Assembly: GCF_009734345.1 (NCBI RefSeq)
Contig: NZ_CP032551.1
Span: forward strand, 1,500,001-1,532,000
Reading direction: 5' to 3'
DNA: 32,000 nucleotides
DNA from: Pseudidiomarina andamanensis
Lineage (GTDB): Bacteria; Pseudomonadota; Gammaproteobacteria; Enterobacterales; Alteromonadaceae
The notes beneath the pieces are model-generated. The model made no database searches, was not told where the DNA came from, and saw nothing but the letters and a program-made list of their open reading frames with translations. Positions 15,896 to 27,400 of the stretch are shown here, one piece after another; within the stretch, counting starts at the first letter, position 1; each line of letters starts with the position of its first letter. A program made the position numbers and the translations under genes.

Positions 15896-18415
15896 TTAGC
15901 GTAAACTATCACCACTCAATGTGGCTGTTGTAGCCGCATTTGCATCAATATCTTCCTGCTGAAAATGCAGTGAGCGCAATTGCGGTTGCTCAGAATACAA
16001 CAAGGTTTGATCAAGATAATGATCAGACAATACATTTGAGCTCTGCGAGTACGTTAATAACCCTTCGGCTTCAGGACCGTCCGCAGTAAATTCCATGGCA
16101 AACATCCAGCTTGAGCCATAAGTGATGTGGTAACCACCAGCTTCGGCACTCAAATCTGAGCCCGGCAATAATGGATAACGATGACGCGGTAATATAGTGC
16201 CATCATTGCCCATATTGCTGCGGAATACGTTAAAGCCACCTTCAATGTTGTTGGCACCTCCCCACGGCAGTTTCACACCCGATGGCGTGCCATCTGGATT
16301 GCTGCGCTCAACAAATTGTACGCTGCCAAGTGATGCTGCAGGGTCTAGACCCGCATTTATAATGCGTTGCTGTGCAGTCGCTAACTGTTGCAATACAGTG
16401 TTGTTCGCCGCCAAAGTATTTGGGGTGGTGGTCGGTTGCTCAGGATCATAGGCAACTTGCCATTGCGGGTCACGGTTAAATTCAAAGGCAAACTCGCGGA
16501 ACATCATTGCACCCTGACTCGCAAGATTCATACGGCCGTCCCACAAAGCGAGCGCATCACAAGCTGGGGTAATAACCACAGTACTTGAATCCGCCATCGT
16601 TACAGGTGTTGCCCCTTGTGTTTCACACAACGCCAGAAGATCTTCCAGCACAGCTTCACCAAGGTAGTTGCGATTACCAATTAAGCGATCGACCAAATCT
16701 TCACGTGTAAAACGCCCGTCTACTGAGCCACCTTCAGCCAGCATTTTTTGTCCTAAGCGCGAACGCAGCGACTGTTGATTACCAACCGGTCCCCAAAGCG
16801 GTGAAAGCCCTTCAATTGGCGCAGCCGGATTGGTTAACCAGAAACTATCGTTGGAGTTTTGTACGAAGTCGTTGCGTTCAAGCTGCGGCGCCTGATCAAA
16901 CGGTACGGTACCTTGTGGCATAAACGCACTATCATCGCCTGGAAAAATGAATAATCCAGCTTGCTCTGTTAGTGCTTGATACAGCGGATCTTCAGCCCAT
17001 ACAGCCAACGCATCTGGAAGAATATGTGGCACTGATGAACCATCGGTGAAGAACGCATTACCTTGCGCATCAACTGCCATCGCATTGTTGAAAACCGTAC
17101 CGGTGAAGTCGACAAAGGTTTGCTTGTAGGCTTCAATGCTGTCAGCCATATTCATGCCTAACCAATGATCAAACAAATCATAGTTTGGCAGGTTCGCATC
17201 ATACAATGCGTAAGCTACGTCTTGCCCAGTGCCATCGGTGCCCCATGGCAGTGCATTAGGAATGACTATAACTGGACCAAATTCGCTGTAGTAGCTGGTT
17301 TTACGCAGCGTCATATAAGTACCAGGGCCTGTTGCCACGCGAATATCGTGAGTTTTTGTAGTCATCGGTACACTTTCACCGTCGAGCATATAGCTGGTAC
17401 CTTCGCTATTTTCAGGGTCTAGTGTCAGACGATGAATGGTAAAGCGTGACGCCGTAGAAAATGTGTGTGTCCATGCCACATTTTCATTGAAGCCAATATT
17501 CACAATACCTGGCATACCAGACAGTGAACCGCCGACAACTTTGAGGTGCCCTGGTACTTCAATACCGAACTGCCAGAAACGTTGGTTCCCGGTATGAGGG
17601 AAGTGTGGATTCGCAATTAACATGCCTTGCTCAGTTGCGCTAAGCTCACTGCCAATTGCCCAGCCGTTAGAACCTGACTCTGTCGGGTTTGTATCGGGAA
17701 TACCCACTGTGCTGATATCGAAATTCAATACCACCGGCTCGCCCGATTCACTCGTCACAAAAGTTTGGTTATTCGGTACACCTAAAAATAGTGGGCCAGT
17801 AAAGTTAGCGGCTCCCGGTAGTAAAGCGACCCCTTGGGCATAAGTCATCAAATCAATCGGGGTGATGTCTTGTACCCATGGCTGGCCGGCACATGTTGGA
17901 TCCATGTCCGCTTCGGGGGTTTCATTAATATACTTATTGTAACCGGCAGCGTATCCAGTCAATAACGCTTGTGCTTTTTCACTAATTTGCTCAAAGCCGA
18001 CTTCTGCATTGTCGCGAATACCCAGCGTTAAAAAGCCAAAGTCAGTCAGTAAGTTTCCAGAATCGCCTGAACCAGGCACAGCATCAGGCCCAAAATAGAA
18101 TGAGCGTTTCGAGTTAAATTTGACGATTTGATCCGCCAAGATACATAGATTGTCTTGGGCAAAAGCGTAGCCGACACCAAAGCCTAAACTCTCTAGGTCG
18201 TCTGCTTTAACATACGGAACACCATAGTTGGTCCAAGTGACATCAGCGCTGAGATTTCCAGCCGGTGCAAAGGTAGCAATACCAGATATTGGCGTAAGAG
18301 GTTCTGATGACGTGTCTGTCTCGCTAGAGCTATCGCCGCAGGCGGTGAGTAAAAAAACGCCGCCAGATAACACCAACGGTGTGAGCAAGTTGATTTTTTT
18401 AGTTCTAATTTTCAT
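15896..18415 (-). CDS. Penicillin-amidase (S45, Ntn-hydrolase) family protein, probable acyl-homoserine-lactone acylase lipoprotein
   Basis: 839 aa. The lipobox 'FLLTAC' places the Cys at 18338-18340. The N-terminal region is '[26 protein letters not shown]'. The predicted autoprocessing nucleophile is 'GS|SNGWAIG', with the Ser codon at 17669-17671. Confidence 0.8.
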   Translation of the reverse strand: MKIRTKKINLLTPLVLSGGVFLLTACGDSSSETDTSSEPLTPISGIATFAPAGNLSADVTWTNYGVPYVKADDLESLGFGVGYAFAQDNLCILADQIVKFNSKRSFYFGPDAVPGSGDSGNLLTDFGFLTLGIRDNAEVGFEQISEKAQALLTGYAAGYNKYINETPEADMDPTCAGQPWVQDITPIDLMTYAQGVALLPGAANFTGPLFLGVPNNQTFVTSESGEPVVLNFDISTVGIPDTNPTESGSNGWAIGSELSATEQGMLIANPHFPHTGNQRFWQFGIEVPGHLKVVGGSLSGMPGIVNIGFNENVAWTHTFSTASRFTIHRLTLDPENSEGTSYMLDGESVPMTTKTHDIRVATGPGTYMTLRKTSYYSEFGPVIVIPNALPWGTDGTGQDVAYALYDANLPNYDLFDHWLGMNMADSIEAYKQTFVDFTGTVFNNAMAVDAQGNAFFTDGSSVPHILPDALAVWAEDPLYQALTEQAGLFIFPGDDSAFMPQGTVPFDQAPQLERNDFVQNSNDSFWLTNPAAPIEGLSPLWGPVGNQQSLRSRLGQKMLAEGGSVDGRFTREDLVDRLIGNRNYLGEAVLEDLLALCETQGATPVTMADSSTVVITPACDALALWDGRMNLASQGAMMFREFAFEFNRDPQWQVAYDPEQPTTTPNTLAANNTVLQQLATAQQRIINAGLDPAASLGSVQFVERSNPDGTPSGVKLPWGGANNIEGGFNVFRSNMGNDGTILPRHRYPLLPGSDLSAEAGGYHITYGSSWMFAMEFTADGPEAEGLLTYSQSSNVLSDHYLDQTLLYSEQPQLRSLHFQQEDIDANAATTATLSGDSLR

Positions 18416-18509
18416 GAGCTTACCTGGTTGTTCTGAGAATTTAAGTTTGTATAAAACTTGTAAACAACCGCAGTATGGCTCGAACTGGTCGGAGCTGCAA
18501 GCTCAAAAA

Positions 18510-18926
18510 TTAATCAACTTTGCCGCGCATTGCTTTAATTGATGCGCGCTTTTTCTTGGAATCAACGCGACGTTGCTTGGCTGCCTTAGAGGGCTTGGTA
18601 GGAATTCGCTTTTTGCGGGTTGCGCCAACACTACGAACTAATGCGACGAATTGCTCAAGCGCTAACTCACGGTTAGTTAACTGACTGCGTGTTTCTTGGC
18701 ACTTAATAATAATTTTGCCACTTTGCGTGATGCGATGATCACGAAGAGCGAGTAATCGTTCTTTGTACATATCCGGTAGTGACGAGGCGCGGATATCGAA
18801 TATCAATTGAGCCGCTGTCGATACTTTATTCACATTTTGTCCACCCGCTCCTGATGACCGAATAAACTGCCACTCAATTTCCCGCTCCGGAATCAACACG
18901 CGTTGGGATATTTGAATATCACCCAT
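18510..18926 (-). CDS. arfB: Alternative ribosome-rescue factor ArfB (peptidyl-tRNA hydrolase, YaeJ)
   Basis: 138 aa with the GGQ motif 'SGAGGQNVNKVSTA' and a basic C-terminal tail 'KKRIPTKPSKAAKQRRVDSKKKRASIKAMRGK', matching E. coli YaeJ. The ATG overlaps the end of recD, and GGAGG (18935-18939) lies 8 nt upstream. Confidence 0.9.
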   Translation of the reverse strand: MGDIQISQRVLIPEREIEWQFIRSSGAGGQNVNKVSTAAQLIFDIRASSLPDMYKERLLALRDHRITQSGKIIIKCQETRSQLTNRELALEQFVALVRSVGATRKKRIPTKPSKAAKQRRVDSKKKRASIKAMRGKVD

Positions 18927-20853
18927 TGGCTAAGCCTCCACTTCGTTGTATCCGCCGGCGAACCGCTTTTAATACTAACTGAGGATGCGCACAGACCATA
19001 GTAAACTGCTGTTTAGCACGGGTAATACCGGTGTATAACAATTCTTTAGTTAGAATTGGTACATCATGCTCGGGTAACACCATAACCGTATGAGAAAATT
19101 CCGACCCTTGCGATTTGTGAATCGTCATCGCAAATGCTGTATCAACTTGCGTAAGACGGCTGGGTAACAACCAACGTATGGTGCCATCTGTGGTTGGAAA
19201 AGCAACACGCAATGGTTCATTCGGTTCACGGCGTAGGACGATACCAATATCACCATTACGCAAATCAAGACTGTAATCGTTGTGGGTCACCATCACTGGG
19301 CGGCCTTCAAACCAGCCATGCTCGGCGGCTTGATCACCGAATAGCCAGTAGCTAATGCGTTGATTAAATTGGTGCATCCCCCATTCGCCTTCGCGTACAG
19401 CTGTTAGTATCTGAAATTGCTCGAGTTGCTTGAGAATTTTTGCAGCCCAAACATCAATTTCTTCAGCGTTTCTTGATTCGGGTCGTGTCTCAATTAACTT
19501 TAATAAGGGCGCATAGCCCTGTTCAACCAGTTGTTGAACCGACTGGTGATTCGGCCGTGGTACGGCGCGCATTCGTATGTTATCAAATTCAACGTGCGCT
19601 GCAGCCATTGCGTCACTGTCTTGCAACCATTGCTCCAACCAAACATGTTGCTGCCGATTCACTTCATCGGCTAATTTGCCAATGCCCTTATTAGGATCAA
19701 AGCGGCGGCTTTCATGAAACATGGTGGTATGTTGCAAGTAGGGCCATTCAGCGCCGCTTGCATCGGTTTTGTCCGTTGGTAACGCGACATTGGTCGTCGC
19801 ATTTAACCATTCAGTTAACTCTGGCGTGTAATGCCCGTGCTCGGCCTGTTCGCACAACTGGCCTAAAATGGCGCCAGCCTCAACCGAAGCCAATTGATCT
19901 TTATCCCCGAGTAAAATGAGCCGTGCCCGCGGCGGAAGCGCATTAACAACAGCAGCCATCATTTCAATATCTACCATCGATGCTTCATCAATAATGACGA
20001 CATCGGTATGAAGCGGGTTATCTTTGTGATGGCGAAAACTGCGACTATTCGGCAATGTTCCAAGTAACCGGTGTAACGTAACCGCCTCGGTTGGAATGTC
20101 GGCCTTCACATCATCAATACTCGTTAACGTAAGTAATTCGTTGCCTATAGATTCACTCATTCGCGCGGCTGCTTTGCCGGTTGGTGCAGCGAGCCGAATT
20201 CGCAACGGTTCTGGCTGCCCTCGCAATTTTTGCAACGTGGCTAAAAGCCTCACAACAGTATAGGTTTTTCCGGTACCTGGGCCACCAGTTACAATAGTGA
20301 ACAAGCTACGCATCGCCATCGCACATGCGGTGCGTTGCCAACTGATGGTTTGTTGGGTACCAAACAACTCATCTAAAACATGCTTCAATTGCCCAAGATT
20401 AACCGGTTGCAGCGCTTTCATACGTGCTGCTAAGTCGGTTTTAATCTGCTGTTCGTAACGAAAATATCGACGCAGATACAAGCGTTGTCCTTGCAACACT
20501 AAAGGACTGTTATCATTGTTAACCGCTGGTGATTCCAGCAACACCTGCACTGCACTCTCCAATGATTCTGCTCCCGCGACGTTGCATAACAGCTGTTGCG
20601 GTAGTTCACACGCCTGCAGACTCTCAACCGATGCATGTTCTGGAGGCAAGCCAAGCGTTTGCTCAGGTTCAGCGTATAACTGAGCTAAATCGAGACACGG
20701 ATGCCCACGTCCCAGCTGATAACTCACGAATGCAGCTAATAACACCACAGCCTCTTGATCGTCCTCAAGTTGCTTAGCTAATTGCTGCGCAAAGCTGAGG
20801 TCAATCGCTCGAATCCAGCCATGCTGATACCAAAGTTGCAGATTTTCTAACAT
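18919..20853 (-). CDS. recD: Exodeoxyribonuclease V subunit alpha
   Basis: 644 aa with Walker A 'VTGGPGTGKTYT', 'VVIIDEASMVD' and 'MTIHKSQGSEF'. It overlaps the recB stop. Confidence 0.95.
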   Translation of the reverse strand: MLENLQLWYQHGWIRAIDLSFAQQLAKQLEDDQEAVVLLAAFVSYQLGRGHPCLDLAQLYAEPEQTLGLPPEHASVESLQACELPQQLLCNVAGAESLESAVQVLLESPAVNNDNSPLVLQGQRLYLRRYFRYEQQIKTDLAARMKALQPVNLGQLKHVLDELFGTQQTISWQRTACAMAMRSLFTIVTGGPGTGKTYTVVRLLATLQKLRGQPEPLRIRLAAPTGKAAARMSESIGNELLTLTSIDDVKADIPTEAVTLHRLLGTLPNSRSFRHHKDNPLHTDVVIIDEASMVDIEMMAAVVNALPPRARLILLGDKDQLASVEAGAILGQLCEQAEHGHYTPELTEWLNATTNVALPTDKTDASGAEWPYLQHTTMFHESRRFDPNKGIGKLADEVNRQQHVWLEQWLQDSDAMAAAHVEFDNIRMRAVPRPNHQSVQQLVEQGYAPLLKLIETRPESRNAEEIDVWAAKILKQLEQFQILTAVREGEWGMHQFNQRISYWLFGDQAAEHGWFEGRPVMVTHNDYSLDLRNGDIGIVLRREPNEPLRVAFPTTDGTIRWLLPSRLTQVDTAFAMTIHKSQGSEFSHTVMVLPEHDVPILTKELLYTGITRAKQQFTMVCAHPQLVLKAVRRRIQRSGGLANG

Positions 20854-23800
20854 GGAAGCACCTCCGCTTCGCTAAATAGCTCAGCTAATTGCTCAATTAA
20901 CTGCCGCGGTGGCTTGTCATAAAACACGCCAGCAGTCGGTGCTTCAATACCGCGTAAAAACAAATACACAGCGCCGCCAATATGGCGATCATAGTCATAG
21001 AGCTCGCCAAGACGCACGCTGAGTAGTTTATGCAACGCAACCAAATAAATGACATATTGAAGGTCATAGCGACTACTCAATATTTTGTCGCGCATCGCAT
21101 TCTCGGTGTAGGCGGCCTCATTTGAACCTAGATAATTTGATTTATAATCAGCCACGTAATACTTACCATTGTGCTCAAATACCAAATCAATAAATCCTTT
21201 GAGCATGCCATTTAGTTGCATCGGCAACACCTTAGGACGGTCATAGCCGCACAATACGTGCTCACGAACTAAGGCGTCGATGTGCTGTGCGTCCAGTTCA
21301 GGTGCCGGAAACCAAAATTCTGGCTCCGCTTGTAGCTGCCGCAGATCAGCTAACTTCAATTTGGTATCGTTGAATTGCATTGGCGTCGCAAGCATCGCCG
21401 TTAACCAGCGCATCAACACATCTTGGTGCGTTGCCCAAGGTTCCAACTGTGACCGCTCAATAACGAACGCCCGCAGGTTGGGCGCATCTTGGAGTAACAG
21501 TGAGAAGCCTTCTTCAGCCGCATCTTCAAGCAAATTATGCAAAAACGTACCGGCATCAGCGCCTTTCGGAAAGCTGTGAATGGTATTGAGGCTTGGAGCT
21601 GCCTCTTGAAGTGGCACGTGATCGTGCTGTTCTTCAAGCGCATTGGCACTGTTTACATCATCAACAGACACCCAATCACCGTACTTCAGAGCACTGTAAC
21701 TAGCGACCCACCAACTCTCGAAGCGAAAGCCGTCGGGCATGCGACAATAGTTGAGCGCCGGCAAAGTATCCTGATGCGGGTGATAGGATGTTCGTGCGAT
21801 GTCTTCGGCAACCTCATTACGATGACAATGCCGGGGCGGTTGCCAATCCGATAACGCTAATTCACCACCGCCACTAAGCACATAATTGATGGCGGTATCG
21901 TGTAATGTATTAAACGGTGCAAGGCCAATAAACGTGGCGAACTGGGCTCGGGTCACCGCGACGTAGAGTTTACGAATATCTTCTTCCAGTCGCTCTTGAT
22001 CGAGCTTCGTTACAATGGCTTCATCATCGCCCGCCAAGGCAACTTGAATGCTCCCATCATTGTCGTGATAGACAGCCGGAAATTTAATTCGTTTGTCTTT
22101 TGTTTTGGTACACGCAATAAATGGCAAATAGACAAGTGGATACTGCAAGCCTTTCGATTTATGAATCGTAATGACTTGTACCAGTTGGCTATCGCTTTCC
22201 AGACGCACTTGCTGCTCTTTTGAATCGGTGCTGTTCCCTTCTCGCGCTAGCTCAATATGCTCGGCTAAGTAGCGCAAGACACCCGACATCCCCTCGCTTA
22301 CAGCAGCATGTTGCTGCAGTAGCTCGGTCATATGAAGCAAATCTGTTAATTGCCGCTCACCATCAACCTCGCGTAGTAATCGCGCTGGCACATCATAGTC
22401 GTGCAATAAGCGTTGAATCATGGCAAGCACACCATGCTGCTGCCAGCGCACGTGATAGGACAGTATTCGCTCAGCGAAGCTATCCCAGCGCAGTTCATCG
22501 TTCAGGCTTTGATCAATTTCTGTCAACGATAAAGCCAATAGTTGACTGACTAAAGCAGCTCGCAGCAAGCTCGGATCTCGTGGTTGTGCGCAAGCTTGGA
22601 GTACTCGCAATAACTCCACCGCAAGCGGACTACTAAATACCGAATCCCGGTCAGATAAGTAGACGCTTTGAACGCCCCGCTCACGCAACGCTTGGCGAAT
22701 TATCTTCGCCTCGGTACCACTGTTTACCAGTACCGCCACATCGCTCGGTTTAACCCGCTGTAACTCACCATCTTCAACAAAACCTGCCTGCGGGTTATTG
22801 AGCAATTGCGCGATATGTTCGGCATGCCAATTAGCCATAATGGCGTTTAAGTTAGCGTTATTTTGCTTCCCTTCCGCCACGTAACAATCGAACTGCAAAG
22901 CGTCTGGCGCAACCCCATTCACTTCGAATCGTTGCTTCAGTCCGTTTGCTGCCACCGGAATAAATGGCAAGGGGTCATCACCAGACGCCGGGTCGCGAAA
23001 ATGGAATGGTCCCTTCGGGGTATCTTTCGCTTCCAAAAACAGTGCATTGCTCGCATCAACCATCGCTTGGGTTGAACGATAGTTCGTCGCCAAAGTGTAA
23101 TGTCGACCAGTGGTTGCGCTGCGCGCTTTTAGGTACGTATGAATATCGGCGTTTCTGAAAGAATAGATAGCTTGTTTAGGGTCACCAATCAGAAATATGC
23201 CTGTGCCGGCTTGGGGCGTTTCAAGTTGATAGACCTTATCAAAAATTGCGTACTGAACCGGGTCAGTATCCTGAAACTCATCAACCATCGCTATCGGGAA
23301 TTGCTGCCGAATGGTATCCGCAAGCGCTCCGCCAAATTCACCATACAAGGCATAGCGTAAACGTGTCAGCATGTCATCGAAACCCATCTCTGCGCGTTGC
23401 TGTTGAAGCATTGCAAAGTGTTTCTGGAACCACTGCGCGGCGTGTTGTAAAAGTCCTGAGCGCGGTGTCGGAATCTGTTCAAACGCCTCCCGTAATGCAG
23501 TAAATTGCTGCCACAATGGATGCTCAGGCACGTCCTCTTTCACGGCATCTTGTAAACCATCAACGGTGAATCGATCCCAACCGGTTTTTGGTTCAAGACT
23601 AGGTACTAATGGCGCATTCGCGTGATGCAAAGAGGCGGCCCACTCACGTAACTGAGCCAACCATTTCGTCACTGAGTCGGCACGCATCTTGTTGCCGTTT
23701 AAGCGTTTTTCATCTCGCAATTTAGCTAAAAGAGCTTCACCTTCGTCAATCCATTGCGGCCACTTGGCATGATGAAACGTTTCTCGAATAGCCTGTTGTG

Positions 23801-24467
23801 CCTGCACCGTTTTTTGTAATACCGCAGCTGGTGCAGGTAGCCCGCTTGGTTGCCCATGATTTAAAATAGGTTTTACAGCTTGCAACAGCGCTTCAGGATC
23901 TGAAAATTCCTTGGTGACAAGTTGATATTGCTCGATCTCTGATTCCGAAAAAACACTAACAAATGTTCGCCAATAATCTTCGCTAACTTGTTGCCACAAC
24001 GCTTGCGTATCTGTATTCAGTTGCTGAGTAAACAAACTACCGCTGGCAAATGCATGCTCACGCAACATTCGATTACACCAACCGTGAATGGTGTGTACTG
24101 CAGCTTCATCCATCGCTTGCGCTGCTAAATCAAGTAGACGTGCGTAACTTGCCAATTCATGCTCGGAATAGGCCGCTTTCAACGCGTGCAAAAAGCGGTC
24201 GCGTACATCGATGTCGCCGCGAAAGTACGCAGCGGCTTCACTTAGGTTCGTGCGAATTCGGTCACGCAATTCTTCAGTCGCAGCATCAGTAAAGGTCACG
24301 ACCAAAATTTCATCTGGGGTATAGCAGCGCTGGCATTCATGCCCAAGCACTAAACGCAAATATAAAGCCGCAATGGTGTAGGTTTTACCGGTACCGGCGC
24401 TTGCCTCAATTAATCGACTACCATCTAATGGAAACGTCAGCGGCTGCAGTTTATTAATTGAATTCAT
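20847..24467 (-). CDS. recB: Exodeoxyribonuclease V subunit beta
   Basis: 1206 aa with UvrD-type motifs 'ASAGTGKTYT' and 'VDEFQDTDP', and a C-terminal nuclease 'GFIDLVFEH.GKYYVADYKSN'. Confidence 0.95.
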   Translation of the reverse strand: MNSINKLQPLTFPLDGSRLIEASAGTGKTYTIAALYLRLVLGHECQRCYTPDEILVVTFTDAATEELRDRIRTNLSEAAAYFRGDIDVRDRFLHALKAAYSEHELASYARLLDLAAQAMDEAAVHTIHGWCNRMLREHAFASGSLFTQQLNTDTQALWQQVSEDYWRTFVSVFSESEIEQYQLVTKEFSDPEALLQAVKPILNHGQPSGLPAPAAVLQKTVQAQQAIRETFHHAKWPQWIDEGEALLAKLRDEKRLNGNKMRADSVTKWLAQLREWAASLHHANAPLVPSLEPKTGWDRFTVDGLQDAVKEDVPEHPLWQQFTALREAFEQIPTPRSGLLQHAAQWFQKHFAMLQQQRAEMGFDDMLTRLRYALYGEFGGALADTIRQQFPIAMVDEFQDTDPVQYAIFDKVYQLETPQAGTGIFLIGDPKQAIYSFRNADIHTYLKARSATTGRHYTLATNYRSTQAMVDASNALFLEAKDTPKGPFHFRDPASGDDPLPFIPVAANGLKQRFEVNGVAPDALQFDCYVAEGKQNNANLNAIMANWHAEHIAQLLNNPQAGFVEDGELQRVKPSDVAVLVNSGTEAKIIRQALRERGVQSVYLSDRDSVFSSPLAVELLRVLQACAQPRDPSLLRAALVSQLLALSLTEIDQSLNDELRWDSFAERILSYHVRWQQHGVLAMIQRLLHDYDVPARLLREVDGERQLTDLLHMTELLQQHAAVSEGMSGVLRYLAEHIELAREGNSTDSKEQQVRLESDSQLVQVITIHKSKGLQYPLVYLPFIACTKTKDKRIKFPAVYHDNDGSIQVALAGDDEAIVTKLDQERLEEDIRKLYVAVTRAQFATFIGLAPFNTLHDTAINYVLSGGGELALSDWQPPRHCHRNEVAEDIARTSYHPHQDTLPALNYCRMPDGFRFESWWVASYSALKYGDWVSVDDVNSANALEEQHDHVPLQEAAPSLNTIHSFPKGADAGTFLHNLLEDAAEEGFSLLLQDAPNLRAFVIERSQLEPWATHQDVLMRWLTAMLATPMQFNDTKLKLADLRQLQAEPEFWFPAPELDAQHIDALVREHVLCGYDRPKVLPMQLNGMLKGFIDLVFEHNGKYYVADYKSNYLGSNEAAYTENAMRDKILSSRYDLQYVIYLVALHKLLSVRLGELYDYDRHIGGAVYLFLRGIEAPTAGVFYDKPPRQLIEQLAELFSEAEVLPC

Positions 24468-27400
24468 CCTGCCACCTCCGCTGTTGGCATACCTAAAAAT
24501 AAATGCTGCATCATCGGCTGGTAAAGCGCTTGCGCCATATCATTCAATATTCCAGAAGCTGTCAAACTGGCGTAATCTGGGAAGTACCGCGCGGTATAAA
24601 CGGCACGTAATTTTTGCGCTGTATGATTGAACCCTGACTCATCATAAAATTCTTGAGCTTTTGAATGTATTGCGTTGATCGGCTCCTCGGTAAAGGCTTG
24701 CTGCCAGTCTTTATAGTTTTCCTTGATACCCGCAAATGCCGTTTCTAATTCCAGCGGTAGCGGTTGCTGCAGCCCCGCATGAACCCAGCCCATCACTCCG
24801 GTTAACAACGCCAGCGCTTGTTGCTGTTTCATCGGTGCAAATTCAATCACACCTTCTCGTCCCAACAAGCAACTGTGGGTTGCATGAAGCGAATTGAGCA
24901 AGAGGTGTTCAAGCCATAGCTGCACGGCATGCTGTGGCCGTGGTCGATACGTCTTGCGTTGGTTATCAACAACCACCGATGGTGTTACCTGCAACCAAAG
25001 TCGCTCGCCTTGGCTATTTTGTTGCAGTGTCGGGAACGTCGCTTCAATGCTTAATCCATTGTCAAACTGATGCGCAATTTGCACTGTTTCCACTCGGTTT
25101 TGATAAGCATTGAACAATTCACTCGCTCGCTCTAACAAACCTTGTGTGTCAGACAGTAGATTGTCTCGCATCACTAACCCTGACGCGCCGAGTGGCAGCT
25201 CGCCAGCACGCTGATAGCGCTCGAGCATGGCTGCAATGGTTGCTTCGGCTGTGGCTACGTCGCGTTGTTCACGCAGCATCCGCATAGCTTGTTGCAAAGT
25301 GGGCTGGAGCAATTGCCAACGCTCTAAACCATTCATCTCAAATCGCTCTTCGTCGCGCAGCGTATGGGTTTGCTCCCTCAAATAGGTATTCAGACGCACC
25401 TGAGTAAACAGCTTTGCCGATTCTTTCATGAAATCGCTGACTTGTTTCACGGTAAGAGCCCGAGGTGGTATCCATTCCGCGAGTTGTTGATGTTGTGGCA
25501 CATCCATTGTTGATTCATGGTGTACAACATGCCATTCATCAGCAAAACTAAATCGAGCATTGAGCTGTGGCTGCGACAACATAAAATAATCACGATGGAA
25601 TGGCTGCAGTCGATGTTCAACCACCCAAGGCGTGCCATCGCTGCGCTCGCCATAGACTTGCTGTATATGCTCGAGAAATTGACTGATTAATACCGACGGC
25701 GGTTTTTCGCTATTGTCACGAATGCTTCGACCTTGCCAACTGATATAAAGCAATTGTTGTGCCGATAGAATAGCTTCCAGAAATAGATATCGGTCATCTT
25801 CACGACGAGAGCGATCGCCTGGGCGATAATCACGCGCCATTAAATCAAAATCGAAAGGTTTTTGGGTTCGCGGATAGTCACCATCATTCATGCCCAATAA
25901 ACAAACATATTTGAATGGGATAGCGCGCATAGGCATCAGCGTTGCAAAGTTAACGCGGCCGGCTAAGAAACGCTGGTTTAAGCTCGGTTCATCGACTTGG
26001 CTTAACCAACTTTCAAGTACCACAGTTAAGGCTATGGGTTCATCAAGGGCGGCACTTTGTGTGGCTTCAAGCCATTGCTGTAGGCGTTGCTGAAGCCGAT
26101 TCAGCAACACCACATCGGCATCTGATTCAGGCGTAAACAAACGCCCGAGGAGTTCATTCAGATAAGTTGCCCATTGCACTGGCGTACGTTCTTGGGTGGC
26201 TTGCTCAAAGTGTTCGCACAGCACCATGACCAGTTGATGCAATGCTCCGACAACATCAGCATCTAAACCACCAACATCAGTAAGTGGTTCAATGTGTTGC
26301 CAACCGGGCTCAAACCCTTCAACCTCGCCGACAGCGTAGCCAAATAACATGCGTTGCAAGCCGAACAACCAGGTATTTTGCTGCTCTGCCGGCAATTGGA
26401 GCTGTGCGCGGTGGTGTTCATCAAGAGCCCAGCGTACGCCAGATGCATCAATCCACCGCTGCAAAGTAGCGAGTTGATCATCGCGGAATCCAAATCGCTT
26501 TTGAATAGCGCTAACTTGTAGTAAATCGAATACTTCACTGGCATTCGCGCGTTGTTGGCCAATGCTCAAAATATATTCAAGAGCAATTAACATCGGATGC
26601 TGATGCCGTGCACCTTGGTCGGCTAAACTATACGGAATACATCGCGAGTCGTTGCGCTCATAGCGGCCAAACACCGCATCAATGTGCGGTGCATATTGAT
26701 CAATATCTGGCACCATCACCATCACGTCACGAGGTTTTAAGTTCGGGTCTGCGGCAAATCGTGCAAGTAGTTGGTCATGTAGAATTTCGACTTCACGTTG
26801 TGGGCTATGCGCACAATGAAATTGGATTGCGCTATCGTCTAATACTGAGTGCTCCCACTGTTGCTGGGCTTCTTGCGGCGAATTGAGTTGCAAAATATCA
26901 TAACGAATCGCATCAAGTACCGATGGTTGCTCCGGTAGTTCTTGCTCAAACATGTCGAGTTTTAACGTCGGAAATTCATGACGTAATTCGTTGGTTTCGT
27001 CAAATAAATCGAGTAGCCGAATATAATCACGTCCTTGCTTACCCCACGATGCCAGCAACGGATGGCTATAAGCATGTAACTCATCTGGGTTAACAGTTAC
27101 CTGATGACGACGCTGATGCCGTGCTCTTACTTCTTTCTCGTAAATATCTTTACCATCAATAATATCAGCCCAATAGAACTGACAAGGATTGTGCACGCAC
27201 AAAACCACTTGCGTGAATCGGCTCAGCGCCTGTAATACCTCGAGCGTTTGCTTCGGTAAGCTCGAGATACCAAACACGACCACTCGAGGTGGTAAACTTG
27301 ATGGACGTTCGTCAGCGGCAAGCTCGCGACAGCTATCGATAAATTGTTGGTGCAAATAGGCGCGGTTATTCCAGCGCGAATCACCGACATCAGCTAATAA

